Position numbers and translations under genes: made by a program. Shown piece after piece: positions 27,217 through 36,999 of a stretch of DNA of 64,000 bases. Origin of the DNA: Polyangiaceae bacterium. GTDB lineage: Bacteria; Myxococcota_A; Polyangia; Polyangiales; Polyangiaceae. The notes beneath the pieces are model-generated. The model had not been told where the DNA came from. It was given only the letters and a program-made list of their open reading frames with translations, and ran no database searches. Every line of letters starts with the position of its first letter. Position 1 is the first letter of the stretch. The stretch covers positions 32,001 to 96,000 of the forward strand of contig JBILLK010000034.1 in assembly GCA_044376115.1 (NCBI GenBank). Reading direction: 5' to 3'.

Positions 27217-30200
27217 TTACTCCGCGCCGACTGGGGAGGCCTTCCCCAGGTCTTGGTGATTCGCCTCTCCACCACCCTCTGCCGCCAAGAGCGCCTCCAG
27301 GTCCTGTTCGCCCCGATCCACTGCGGCTCGTTTGGAGCGGCGGGATAGCCAGCTAGCGGCCTGATCGAACAGATCGTAGGCGACGGGCACCGCCACCAGT
27401 GTAAGCAGCAGGGACAACGTCTGCCCGCCTACCACGATGCCGGAGGAAGCCTGGTTTTTGCCGGCGCCGACCCCGCGCGAAAAGATGAGCGGGATCATTC
27501 CGGCAACGAAAGCGAGCGTTGTCATCAAGATCGGGCGGAGCCGATCTCGGTTGGCCTCCATGATCGCCTGCAGTTTGGGTAGGCCCAGCTTGCGTAGGTG
27601 ATTGGTGTGGTCGATCTGCAAGATGGCGTTCTTCTTCACCACGCCAAACAGCACCAACAGGCCAAGCGCTGAAAAGAGGTTGAGCGTTTGACCCAGCAGG
27701 AGCAGCGACAAAAGGGCGAAGGGCACCGTCAAGGGCAGCGAGAGCAGGATGATCCCCGGTTGCGACCACGACTCGAACTGGGCCGCCAAAACCAGATACA
27801 TAAAGATGAAGCCGAGCACGATCACCATCAGGAAGCCGACGGCGAGCTCAGAGCTGGTCTTCGACGACCCCACCGGCTCCAGCCGGTACTCGGGAGGCAG
27901 GCCCTCTGCTGCGTAGAGTCGCTTGAGTTCCTCGGTTACGGCGTTGGAGCCTACGCCGGGCGCCGGGTTGGCGACGACGGTGTATTGTCGTTGTCGACCA
28001 TAACGGTCAATGCGGGAGGGGCCTTTGGACTCGCGGAACTCCACGACCTGCGACAGCGGTACCACGCCCCCTGATTGTGAACTTACTCCGAGTTCCGGCA
28101 GACTAGCGGCGTTCTCGCGGAACTCTTCTGCCGCTCGCAAGCGGACGTCGTATTGCTCCCCGCCCTCGCTGTAGCTGGTGACCTTCAATCCGCCGACGAA
28201 GACGCGCAAGCTGTCGGCGACGGTGCGCACCGAAACCCCGAGCTTGGCCGCCCGTTCGCGGTCGATGAGGACCTGGGTCTCAGGTTTGGCCTCAGCCAGC
28301 GTCGAATCTACGTCCACGGCTCCCGGATACGCGCGCAAGGAATCGCGGATATGCCGAGTAGCCTCGGCGACACGCTCGATGTCGGGGCCGATAATGGCAT
28401 ATTGAATCTGAGCCTGCGATTGGCCACTCGAGAACTCGGGTACCTCGCCGGCGATGGCTTGAACATCTTCCGGTACGGTGGAGAGGACCTCATCCCGAAT
28501 CCGCTGCATCAGGTGTTGCTGGGTGAAGAGGCGGGCGCCCGGGTCGGTCAGGAAGACATAGACCTTCGCCTCGTTGGTCGGGCTGGTGTCACCAGCGCCA
28601 ACGGTAATCAAGGTTTGACGCACACCCTCATAGCGGCGCGCCTGCTTGGCCAATCGCTGAGCGATCAGCTTGGTCTCGTCCAAGCTCGTCCCCTCTTTCG
28701 CCTTCACTGAGATCTCAAACTGCGCTTGGTCGTCCACCGGGAGGAAGGACGCCGGTACGGCTTTGGCCAACGGGCCACATGAGCCCAGCGTCGCCAAGCT
28801 GAGCAGCACCACCACCCAGCGGTGACGCAGGCTGGCGCCGAGGATACGCATGTAAACGCGCTCGATGGGGCGATAGAAGACGTCCACCAAGCGGCTCAGC
28901 CAACTGCCGTGATCGGCCTCGGTTATCATGCGCGCCGACATCATCGGCGTCAGCGTGAAGCTGACGAAACACGATACGCCGATAGCAAACGCCATGGTCA
29001 ACCCGAAGCTCGCTAGGAAGCGCCCGGGGATGCCACCCATGAAGGCGATCGGCACGAAGATGGCCATCAGCGATAGCGTAGTAGCGAGCACTGCCAGGCC
29101 GATCTCCCGCGTGGCCAACACCGCGGCGACGAACGGTTTGGTCTTACGTTCCTGCACGAAGCGGACGATGTTCTCGAGCACCACGATGGCGTCGTCGATC
29201 ACGATGCCGACGGAGAGAGCGAGGGCCAGCAGCGTCAGGAAGTTCAGCGTGAAGCCCGCAAGCTTCATGATCGCGAAGGTGCCAATGATCGAGATCGGGA
29301 TCGACAGCGCCGCGATCAGGGTAGGGCGCACGCTACCGAGGAATAGAAGGACGATCACCGAGGCGAGGAAGGCGCCCAGGATGAGGTGCTCCTGCACCGA
29401 ATGAATGCCGGTTCGGATCACGCCGGAGTTGTCACGGATGGTCTCCACCTTGACGTTGGGGGGCAGCAGCTTTTGCACCCCGGCGAGCCGCGCCAGCACG
29501 GTGTCGACGACGGCAACCGTGTTCCTCCCGGATTGCTTCTTCACCGAAAGCAGGACAACAGGCTCGCCATCAAGCTCCGCGATGGTCGCTTCTTCTGCCA
29601 CCGCGTCTTCGACCTTGGCGACGTCACTGACCCGAATGGGCCGTCCAGCGGTGCTGCGCAGGATGATTTCCCCGAGCGCTGCCGGGCTTTCGACTCGACC
29701 CGCGACTCGCAGCGTCTGCCGCTCCGGGCCAGAGCCTAACGCGCCACCGGGGACATTGACGTTTTGGCTGGCTAGCCCGAGCTGGACGTCGGTGGCGGTG
29801 AGCCCGTAGGCACGCAGGGCCGCGGGATCCAGCCAGACGTTGATTTGACGTTGGCGCCCACCGATGATCTCGACCTGACCAACGCCGTCGATGCTCTCGA
29901 TCTGCCTGCGAACCGTCTTATCGGCGAGCTCGGTCAGCTCGGCTTCGCTGCCCTGGCCTTTGACCGCCAATAACAAGATAGCGCCAGCCGATGGGTCAAT
30001 GCGCGTTACGACGGGGGGCTCCACACCTTCGGGGAGGTCTTTGAGTACGAGGTCGACTTTGTCGCGAACCTCCTGAGCCGCGACATCTCCGCTCTTGTCG
30101 ACGACGAACGCGACAATCACTTGGGAGACGCCCTCCGACGAGTTGGAGCGCAGCTCATCGATGCCGCCAATGGTGTTGATCGAGCCTTCGATCTTGTCGG

Positions 30201-30393
30201 TGATGTCGCTCTCGACCTCCGCGGGCGCTGCACCCGGCAATCGGGTGGTCACGATTACGAACGGGATATCGACGTTGGGGAAGTTGTCCACCCCGAGCTT
30301 GGCGTAGCTGAAGCCACCGAGCACGACGAGCACGAGCATCAGCACGGTCGCAAACACCGGCCGCTGCACACTGATGCGGGCAAGCCATTGCAT
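27217..30393 (-). CDS. RND efflux permease (AcrB/AcrD/AcrF family)
   Basis: 1058 aa; RPVFA, GIVIDDAIVVLENI, LAAQFES, GVVKKNAIL, RLRPILMTT. Confidence 0.97.
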   Translation of the reverse strand: MQWLARISVQRPVFATVLMLVLVVLGGFSYAKLGVDNFPNVDIPFVIVTTRLPGAAPAEVESDITDKIEGSINTIGGIDELRSNSSEGVSQVIVAFVVDKSGDVAAQEVRDKVDLVLKDLPEGVEPPVVTRIDPSAGAILLLAVKGQGSEAELTELADKTVRRQIESIDGVGQVEIIGGRQRQINVWLDPAALRAYGLTATDVQLGLASQNVNVPGGALGSGPERQTLRVAGRVESPAALGEIILRSTAGRPIRVSDVAKVEDAVAEEATIAELDGEPVVLLSVKKQSGRNTVAVVDTVLARLAGVQKLLPPNVKVETIRDNSGVIRTGIHSVQEHLILGAFLASVIVLLFLGSVRPTLIAALSIPISIIGTFAIMKLAGFTLNFLTLLALALSVGIVIDDAIVVLENIVRFVQERKTKPFVAAVLATREIGLAVLATTLSLMAIFVPIAFMGGIPGRFLASFGLTMAFAIGVSCFVSFTLTPMMSARMITEADHGSWLSRLVDVFYRPIERVYMRILGASLRHRWVVVLLSLATLGSCGPLAKAVPASFLPVDDQAQFEISVKAKEGTSLDETKLIAQRLAKQARRYEGVRQTLITVGAGDTSPTNEAKVYVFLTDPGARLFTQQHLMQRIRDEVLSTVPEDVQAIAGEVPEFSSGQSQAQIQYAIIGPDIERVAEATRHIRDSLRAYPGAVDVDSTLAEAKPETQVLIDRERAAKLGVSVRTVADSLRVFVGGLKVTSYSEGGEQYDVRLRAAEEFRENAASLPELGVSSQSGGVVPLSQVVEFRESKGPSRIDRYGRQRQYTVVANPAPGVGSNAVTEELKRLYAAEGLPPEYRLEPVGSSKTSSELAVGFLMVIVLGFIFMYLVLAAQFESWSQPGIILLSLPLTVPFALLSLLLLGQTLNLFSALGLLVLFGVVKKNAILQIDHTNHLRKLGLPKLQAIMEANRDRLRPILMTTLAFVAGMIPLIFSRGVGAGKNQASSGIVVGGQTLSLLLTLVAVPVAYDLFDQAASWLSRRSKRAAVDRGEQDLEALLAAEGGGEANHQDLGKASPVGAE

Positions 30394-30395
30394 GA

Positions 30396-31460
30396 CTACT
30401 CCACCGCCTGACCGTTTTGGAGCTCCTCGGGTGGCGCAATAACTACGCTATCTTCGAGCCCAAGCCCCTTGCGGATGGCGACGCGACCTTCCGCGAGCTC
30501 GGGGCCAACGAACACCGATCGCTCGTTGGCGTGACCACGCTCAATCACGAATACGTGCGTCTTGCCTGCGTGCTTCAATAACGCTGTTGCGGGGACGGTT
30601 GGCAGTTCCTCGGTACCAACGCTCAACTCAACCATGCCGAACATACCCGGAAGCAGGGCGCCATCCGCGTTGTCGATGGGCGCCTCTACCACGACGTCAC
30701 GGCTCTGCTTGCGAACGCTCACTCCGCCGCGGTCGATCTTGGTCCGCCAGCTACGGCCTGGATAGGCGGTTACGGTGAATACCACCTCGCTCCCAACCCG
30801 CGCCGCAGGGGCGATCGACTCGGGTGCTTCCATCGCCAGCCGCAGACGGTCATTGCTAACTAGCCGCACGACGCTGGAGTCCGCCCGCACGAACTCACCC
30901 ACTTCGACGAAGCGCTCGTTGACCACTCCGTCGAGCGGGGAGCGGATGACGCCATCAATGACGTTCTTTTGCGCCTGCCCGGCGCGCAGCTCAGCGGCCT
31001 GAACGTCGAGCTCCGAGGTCGCACATTGGTCGCGCAGCCGATCGAACTCTTGCTTAGCGATCGCCCCGCCTTCAAACAGCTTGCTGGCCCGCTCACACTC
31101 ACGAGCAGCGCTGGCCCGCCTCGAGCGAGCGAGCTCAGCTTGTTTCGCTGCCTCCGAGGCCGCCAAGCCAACGGCTTGGGTATCGAGCTTTGCCAGCACA
31201 TCCCCTTTTTTGACGCGTTCGCCGACGGCCACGCGCATCTCGAGCACACGCCCGCTGGCTCCCGCCGCGAGGTTGGCTTCCACCGCCCCCTCGAGCACGG
31301 CGGGCAGCCGCACGGTCCGCGGAACTGCGCGGACCTCCACCTTGGCCGAGGCGACGTGGATGGCCGCAGGCGCGGGTTCCACGTTCGCGGAGGCCTCATT
31401 GGCGCAGCCATGGGTGAGGAGGAGCGGCAGCAGGAGGACGAGGACGCTGGATCGCAACAT
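30396..31460 (-). CDS. RND periplasmic adaptor (membrane fusion protein)
   Basis: Lipoyl-like GERVKKGDVL, helical hairpin, IRSPLDG, LLPGMF. Confidence 0.95.
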   Translation of the reverse strand: MLRSSVLVLLLPLLLTHGCANEASANVEPAPAAIHVASAKVEVRAVPRTVRLPAVLEGAVEANLAAGASGRVLEMRVAVGERVKKGDVLAKLDTQAVGLAASEAAKQAELARSRRASAARECERASKLFEGGAIAKQEFDRLRDQCATSELDVQAAELRAGQAQKNVIDGVIRSPLDGVVNERFVEVGEFVRADSSVVRLVSNDRLRLAMEAPESIAPAARVGSEVVFTVTAYPGRSWRTKIDRGGVSVRKQSRDVVVEAPIDNADGALLPGMFGMVELSVGTEELPTVPATALLKHAGKTHVFVIERGHANERSVFVGPELAEGRVAIRKGLGLEDSVVIAPPEELQNGQAVE

Positions 31461-31538
31461 GAGTGTTGCGATGAATAGCGCACGGGTGACTGTATCGCAA
31501 CGTCATTGATGCGATGAACGCAACGTATATGTTGCGAT
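31451..31538. promoter_or_regulatory. Three 22-bp palindromic operators, consensus ATCGCAAC-N6-GTTGCGAT
   Basis: 31451-31472 atcgcaacatgagtgttgcgat; 31494-31515 atcgcaacgtcattgatgcgat; 31517-31538 aacgcaacgtatatgttgcgat; between divergent adaptor and TetR genes. Confidence 0.85.
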
Positions 31539-31588
31539 GAGGTCGGTTACTGCTCGCCAACGCGCTAAATATCGGCCAGAGTCTGACC

Positions 31589-32248
31589 ATGTCGGAGGAT
31601 GAAAGCCCCGAAGGGAAGCAGCTGCGTGGGGAGCCGGTCGTTCGTCGGGTCCTCATGTCGGTGATGGAGGAGGTCGCGCTGAGCGGCTACGGAGGCCTCA
31701 CGCTCGAGCGGGTAGCCGCGCGCGCTGGCGTCAACCGCACGACGATTTATCGACGCTGGCCAACCAAGAAGGAATTGGCCATCGCCACCATCCAACACTG
31801 CTCCGAGCAGATCCACTTCGATTGGGACTTGGGCAGTTTGCGCGCCGATATGACCGAGTTTTTGTTGCGCGCAAGCAAGACGCTGTTCACGCCGGGCATG
31901 CTCGGTATGCACCGCATGATGCTCGAGGCGGCACACGATTCGGAGTTGCAGGAGGTGGCAACAGCCGTTCGTGAGGACAAGGTCAGCCATGCCATCGAGG
32001 TGCTGACGCGAGCCGAACAGCGCGGCGAGTTCCGCCCAGATCTCGATAAGCGGCTCTTCCTTGACTCAATCTTTGGCACGCTTTTCATGCGCATGTCGCA
32101 GGAGTCGCTCGACGATCCTAAGGTGTTGGCCGCGATCCTCGACTACCTCATGCGGGTCGCTACGCCGCCCAAGGCCAAGTCACCCAACCTCCGCAAGCCG
32201 GTGAACAAGGGCAAGGTCGCGCCAAAGAAGGCCGTTCGGCGCAGGTAG
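31589..32248 (+). CDS. TetR/AcrR-family regulator
   Basis: VAARAGVNRTTIYRRWPTK HTH; GSLRAD. Confidence 0.95.
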   Translation: MSEDESPEGKQLRGEPVVRRVLMSVMEEVALSGYGGLTLERVAARAGVNRTTIYRRWPTKKELAIATIQHCSEQIHFDWDLGSLRADMTEFLLRASKTLFTPGMLGMHRMMLEAAHDSELQEVATAVREDKVSHAIEVLTRAEQRGEFRPDLDKRLFLDSIFGTLFMRMSQESLDDPKVLAAILDYLMRVATPPKAKSPNLRKPVNKGKVAPKKAVRRR

Positions 32249-32254
32249 AGCGCG

Positions 32255-32977
32255 TTGGGACCAACGAAGTTGCTGGCTGGATCGAAGCCGACGTTGTCCG
32301 CGCGTCTCGAGGCGATTCTGTCGCTGCTCGAGCCCTGCCACAGCCTCGCCGACATCGCGACCGACCATGCGCTCCTCCCGATCGCTGCGGTCGCACGCGG
32401 CCTTTGCGAGCGAGCTGTGGCGATCGATCTACGTGAGGCTCCGCTAGTGGAGGCGCGTCGCAACGTCGAGCGTGCGGGGCTCGGCGAGCGCATTGCCTTG
32501 CTACGAGGTGACGGGCTTTTGCCGTTGCTCTCGCAACCCACCGAAGCCGTGGTGATCGCAGGCGTGAGCGGGGCCCTCGTGGTTCGCATGTTGGAGGCCG
32601 TTCAGTCGCTTAAGTCCGGGTTGAACCAACTTGTGTTGCAGCCAAATACCGATCTTGCGCACGTGCGAGCGTGGGCACGGAAGAACGGTCTCCATTTGCG
32701 TGCAGAGCGTTCTGTGCTGGTCCGCGGCAGGTTCTTCGCCGCTTGTGCCTACCAGCCGGGCGAAGGTGATGACCCCGCCTATCGTGTGCCCGGGTTCAGC
32801 CTCGAACAGCTGGACTCGGTCGGCCCGCGGCTGCTCGCTGAGCGAAGTGAAGCCACGCTGCGACAGGCTGAGGCGCAATGCGAACGATTGAGCGCGTTGC
32901 GGCAACACGGGCCGCATCACGCAGAGGAACTCGCAAGCTGGGAGCTGGCTCGACGTTTCCTGCGTGGCGCTGGCTAA
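32255..32977 (+). CDS. trmK: tRNA (adenine(22)-N1)-methyltransferase
   Basis: LSARL, ADIATDHALLP, RGDGL, IAGVSG, LVLQPN; start codon uncertain. Confidence 0.8.
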   Translation: MGPTKLLAGSKPTLSARLEAILSLLEPCHSLADIATDHALLPIAAVARGLCERAVAIDLREAPLVEARRNVERAGLGERIALLRGDGLLPLLSQPTEAVVIAGVSGALVVRMLEAVQSLKSGLNQLVLQPNTDLAHVRAWARKNGLHLRAERSVLVRGRFFAACAYQPGEGDDPAYRVPGFSLEQLDSVGPRLLAERSEATLRQAEAQCERLSALRQHGPHHAEELASWELARRFLRGAG

Positions 32978-33073
32978 GCCTCAATCGCGCGCGCTGGCCG
33001 GCAACTGTGTATCCGCGCGGGACCCCGGACGAATGACGTTGACCAAACGGTGCTGGCTCCGCAGCATGCGCGC

Positions 33074-33343
33074 ATGGTGCCCCAAGAAGACGACGACGAT
33101 AGCCAAGACGTCGAAGAGTTAGTAAGCGCTGCGCGCGACGCAAAAGCTGAGGTCGAGGAAGCGTTTGAGGACGATGACGAGGACGTCATCATCGAAGCCG
33201 CGCGTGAGTTCTTCCGCCTGGTGGAAGCGATCGAAGACGACGGCAATGCTTCCGACAAGGACCTTCATAGCTTGCAAACGGCCGCAGCGGCGTTCCGCAG
33301 TGAGCTTTCATCGCGCGACATCTCGCTAGACGAAGAGGACTGA
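33074..33343 (+). CDS. Small, highly acidic hypothetical protein
   Basis: 89 aa, about 32 Asp/Glu versus 7 Lys/Arg by hand count; fills the intergenic gap. Confidence 0.65.
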   Translation: MVPQEDDDDSQDVEELVSAARDAKAEVEEAFEDDDEDVIIEAAREFFRLVEAIEDDGNASDKDLHSLQTAAAAFRSELSSRDISLDEED

Positions 33344-33383
33344 GCATCCTCTTGGAGAAGTACGGCGCAGGCCCGGTGGTCGT

Positions 33384-33866
33384 TCAACTTGGTTCGACGC
33401 ACTCCATCCACGCGCCGCCCTTGTCCTGTTTCGGCTCGCAGGTGGTTCCCTGCGGGCATTCACAGTCCTCGGTGCAAAGAATGGCGCACAGCTGTTGTAG
33501 GACGAAGCCGGCGTTGTCCTGGCAGGTGTAGCCGCGTGGGCACACGGCGTTAGCGCAGTTGGTCCCGATCGCGGAGGCGTCCTCCGTAATCGGGCCGCAG
33601 GCTGCTCCGCCTGCTCCACCGATACCGCCAAGCCCACCCTCCCCGCCAGCCGCTTGGCCACCGCCACCTGCGGCCCCTACTCCGCTGCCACCCGCCGCTT
33701 GGCCGCCACTACCTGCGGCTCCGGCTCCGCCGCCGCCCGCTGTTTGGCCTCCGCCGCCAGCGGTCTGGCCGCCGCCGCCAGCCCCCGCGCCACCAGCGCC
33801 ATCGTCTCCGCAGGCTGACCCGGTTACGAGCAGGAGACAAAGCACGGTACGGGTGATGTTTCGCAT
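33384..33866 (-). CDS. Gly-rich lipoprotein with small Cys-rich C-terminal domain
   Basis: GSAC lipobox, GGGGQTA repeats, about 10 Cys in the last 62 aa. Confidence 0.8.
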   Translation of the reverse strand: MRNITRTVLCLLLVTGSACGDDGAGGAGAGGGGQTAGGGGQTAGGGGAGAAGSGGQAAGGSGVGAAGGGGQAAGGEGGLGGIGGAGGAACGPITEDASAIGTNCANAVCPRGYTCQDNAGFVLQQLCAILCTEDCECPQGTTCEPKQDKGGAWMECVEPS

Positions 33867-33969
33867 GGGCCCAGCCTAGTGCTGCAGGCCGGATGTGTAC
33901 ACGCCTCGGCTGAGTGACTACCCTGCGCTGACGATGCCCGACGCATTTACCAGTGAAAGCTGATTGCCT

Positions 33970-34917
33970 ATGCGCTTATCGGACTTTCTATTGGGAGTTC
34001 TGCTCGGTTTTGGACTGAGCTCATGCGGCGACGGTTCCGGAGCGGCTGGCTCTAGCTCTGCCGCCTCGGTGTCCGGAGCTGTCGAAGTGGCTAGCACTGG
34101 TTCAGCTACTCCGTCAGTAAGCGCGGCTCCCTCGGCTTCGGCAAGCGCTTTGCCGTCAGCTGCGTCCACTGCGGTGGTCACGGAGGAAGCTTGCCCGGCG
34201 GATATGGTGTTAGCTCAGGGGCTCTATTGCCCGGAGGTGGAACAGCGTTGTCTGCGGCATACGCGTGAGTGGGATGAGGCGCAGAAGCGGGCCGTGAAGG
34301 GTGAGAAGAGTCACGTGAGTGAACGGTGCCTGGAGTTTGCCAACTCCAAGTGCCTATCGAAAGAGCGGAAACCCATGCGGTTCTGCATCGATAAGCACGA
34401 GTGGCCGAATCAGCTCGGTCAGAAGCCCGCCTTCATGGTGACCTGGGGCTACGCGCAGGCTGCTTGCTCCAAGATCAATAAGCGCCTGTGTAGCGAGGCT
34501 GAATTTACCTTCGCCTGCGAAGGCGAGGAGATGTTGCCCTACGCCTACGGCCTGGTGCGGGATGAAAAGCGCTGCAACATAGACAAACCCTACGTTCAGC
34601 CTCGCTTTCGTTTACAGCCCTATGATGACTGCCTCAAGAGCCGGACCTGTAAGGCGCATATGGAGGAGTTGGATCAGCGCGAGGTCATCGGTGATCGCCC
34701 TAACTGCAATTCGCCATTTGGGGCTTTTGACATCAATGGCAACGTCAATGAGTGGGTCACGATGCCAAACACGGAAGCCCCGTGGAGAAGCGGCCTGAAG
34801 GGCGGCTGGTGGGGGCCTTCTCGTTCTCGTTGCAGGCCGGTGGTGACTTCACACAATGAGAACTACGTCGGATATGAGGTCGGCTTCCGCTGCTGCCGTG
34901 ACGCCGGCCGCTCCTGA
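33970..34917 (+). CDS. FGE-sulfatase (SUMF1/EgtB/PvdO)-fold lipoprotein
   Basis: LSSC lipobox; CPADMV, FCIDKHE, KRLCSEAE, DINGNVNEW, KGGWW, GFRCC. Confidence 0.9.
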   Translation: MRLSDFLLGVLLGFGLSSCGDGSGAAGSSSAASVSGAVEVASTGSATPSVSAAPSASASALPSAASTAVVTEEACPADMVLAQGLYCPEVEQRCLRHTREWDEAQKRAVKGEKSHVSERCLEFANSKCLSKERKPMRFCIDKHEWPNQLGQKPAFMVTWGYAQAACSKINKRLCSEAEFTFACEGEEMLPYAYGLVRDEKRCNIDKPYVQPRFRLQPYDDCLKSRTCKAHMEELDQREVIGDRPNCNSPFGAFDINGNVNEWVTMPNTEAPWRSGLKGGWWGPSRSRCRPVVTSHNENYVGYEVGFRCCRDAGRS

Positions 34918-36834
34918 TCAGTCTGCGGCGAGTTGTTCCTTCTCTTTGGTGCGAGTCCGTGCGCACGCTCTGGCTTGCTCGGGGTTCGGGCTGCCAAGCC
35001 GTAGCTCTCTACGGCGATCCCAGGCGATCTCCCAAAGGGCCCGGCAGGCGTCCCCAGCCCCAAATCGAGCGATGGTTGGGTCGGCGCCCAGCACGCGAAT
35101 CAGCACAGACCGGGCGTTGTAAGCAATATGCGGTTCATCCGCCAAGGCTCGGAATAACTCCCAGCTACCGCGCGCATCGACGCCGGGGACCTGATAACCG
35201 CGCGTTGCGAACCCCTGCAATACCCAGCTATCCCGCGGCGCCCAACGCAGTGGCTTACCGGGCTTACCCAACGTTTGCGCGAATGCCGCGTAGCCGGTGC
35301 GCGCGCGCCGAAGTGCGTCGGCGTCCTTGGCGTCACCCAGCAGGCGAAGGTTGGTGATGTAGGCGAGCGCCTCGGCTGCGCGTTGGATCGCTCCCTCGTC
35401 GGTCCCCTCGAGCTCAACCAACAGCGGACGCAATACGTGTTCGGATTCAACCGTACGTGCCGCTCGCACCGCGAGATCGGCAAGCCCGCGTCGATTGATA
35501 AAGCTCGTCTCGATCAACGGCGGATTGAGCAGTCGAGCCGAATAGTCGGGTATCGTGTTGGCCGCAGGCAACTTGAGGAACGGCCGCACGGTTACCGCCT
35601 CCCCCGTTGGGCCGCCATGAAAGGCCTCCAGCACATCGCGGAGCAGTTCCCCGCTCGTTGGTCCGCCGAGCAGCCCGGCCGCTTCGATGATCTGCGCGAG
35701 CACGTTCGGGTCGTCCTCTGCGCGAAATTGCCGAACCAACGCCTCCGCGTATTGTCGGTCGCCCGATTGACCCATGAGCAACACCGCCGCTCGGCGCACC
35801 TCGGCCTCGCGATCGCTAAGCGAGGGGAGCGCTTGCGCGAGCGCTGCCGCATCGCCGACGAAGACGAGCCGCAACAGCGCTCGCTTGCGGTCTTCGGCTA
35901 CCGGGGACTTAAGCTGGGAGAGGGCGGTTGCGCGTGCTTTCTGTTCTTCGTCGACATGACGGCGCGCCCGCTCATGAATGAAGCCGATGTCCTTGCAGCC
36001 GCAGGCCGCGTCGAGCTTTCCGCAGTAAATGCGGAGGTGAAGGTGATCATCGTGGGGCGCCGCACCCATCGGTTGGCGCAATAGCTCCGCCGCGTACTCA
36101 ATGAACTTGGCGGGTTCGCCGCTCGCCTTGGCATGCTCCAAGAGCTTCTTCTTCAGGCTGTCGCTAATAAACAGATATTGGATGCTCGTCCCCTCGAACT
36201 GCAGCAGCGCCTTGACGACCTTCCACGTGCGCGCGGCGTCGAAGCCCAGCTTGCGGTCCGCGGATAACCCGTCATGTCCAAGCGGAACCAAGTCCGGCGG
36301 ATCCACAGGCTTCTTGCTAACGGCGTCGACATAGGCAAACGCAATATCGGCGTCGCGGCCCGCGTTGTGGCTTACCGACCACTCGATATCACCACCGTAC
36401 TTTCGGCCTAGGTTGCCCACCCACAGCGCGGTCTTGGTCTCGCGATAGAGCTGCTTCCCCGCATGATCGAGCAGCTCGACGAGCTCGCTGGTGCCATAGC
36501 GAAGATCGCGAGCGCGCTGCTTCGGTAGAATCTTGAGCGATTCGGACTCGCGCAGGCTCGCGCCGTTGACCACCATGCCGTGCGTGGTGTCACCGATCGA
36601 CACCGCCCGATCGGTTGGCTCGCCCGGTAGGAAGGGGAAGCTCGGCGTTGCCGGCGGATCCTCCACTGGCGGGAGCTCAATGAGCTCGGGAGCGACCGAG
36701 GAGACGGCCTGTGCGCTCGCGCTTTCAGTCAACGAAGGCCCTTCAGCGGAGGAGGCGCTCTCGGAGGGTGCCGGGCTGCACGCAGTCAGGGCAAGGATGG
36801 TCAGGACGCCGCTCTGGGCGCGGGCTCGCGGCAC
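34918..36834 (-). CDS. Lipoprotein: MepA-type murein endopeptidase fused to HEAT-like repeats
   Basis: LTAC lipobox; YGT..L, SHNAGRDAD, HDDHLH Zn motifs; LSDREAEVRRAAV HEAT-like helices. Confidence 0.85.
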   Translation of the reverse strand: MPRARAQSGVLTILALTACSPAPSESASSAEGPSLTESASAQAVSSVAPELIELPPVEDPPATPSFPFLPGEPTDRAVSIGDTTHGMVVNGASLRESESLKILPKQRARDLRYGTSELVELLDHAGKQLYRETKTALWVGNLGRKYGGDIEWSVSHNAGRDADIAFAYVDAVSKKPVDPPDLVPLGHDGLSADRKLGFDAARTWKVVKALLQFEGTSIQYLFISDSLKKKLLEHAKASGEPAKFIEYAAELLRQPMGAAPHDDHLHLRIYCGKLDAACGCKDIGFIHERARRHVDEEQKARATALSQLKSPVAEDRKRALLRLVFVGDAAALAQALPSLSDREAEVRRAAVLLMGQSGDRQYAEALVRQFRAEDDPNVLAQIIEAAGLLGGPTSGELLRDVLEAFHGGPTGEAVTVRPFLKLPAANTIPDYSARLLNPPLIETSFINRRGLADLAVRAARTVESEHVLRPLLVELEGTDEGAIQRAAEALAYITNLRLLGDAKDADALRRARTGYAAFAQTLGKPGKPLRWAPRDSWVLQGFATRGYQVPGVDARGSWELFRALADEPHIAYNARSVLIRVLGADPTIARFGAGDACRALWEIAWDRRRELRLGSPNPEQARACARTRTKEKEQLAAD

Positions 36835-36999
36835 GCGCGGAGTTTACTCTTTTGCGATGTCGATCGTCTGCTTGTTCGTGGCACGCCCTCCATGGCTGCC
36901 GCAACAGCCTCGCAAGCACTGACGTGGCGAGGCGCCGTTTGCTACAGTTCGCAAATCTTGTTGCCCTCCGCCCCCAAGTCGCCAACCGCGCGACGGCTG

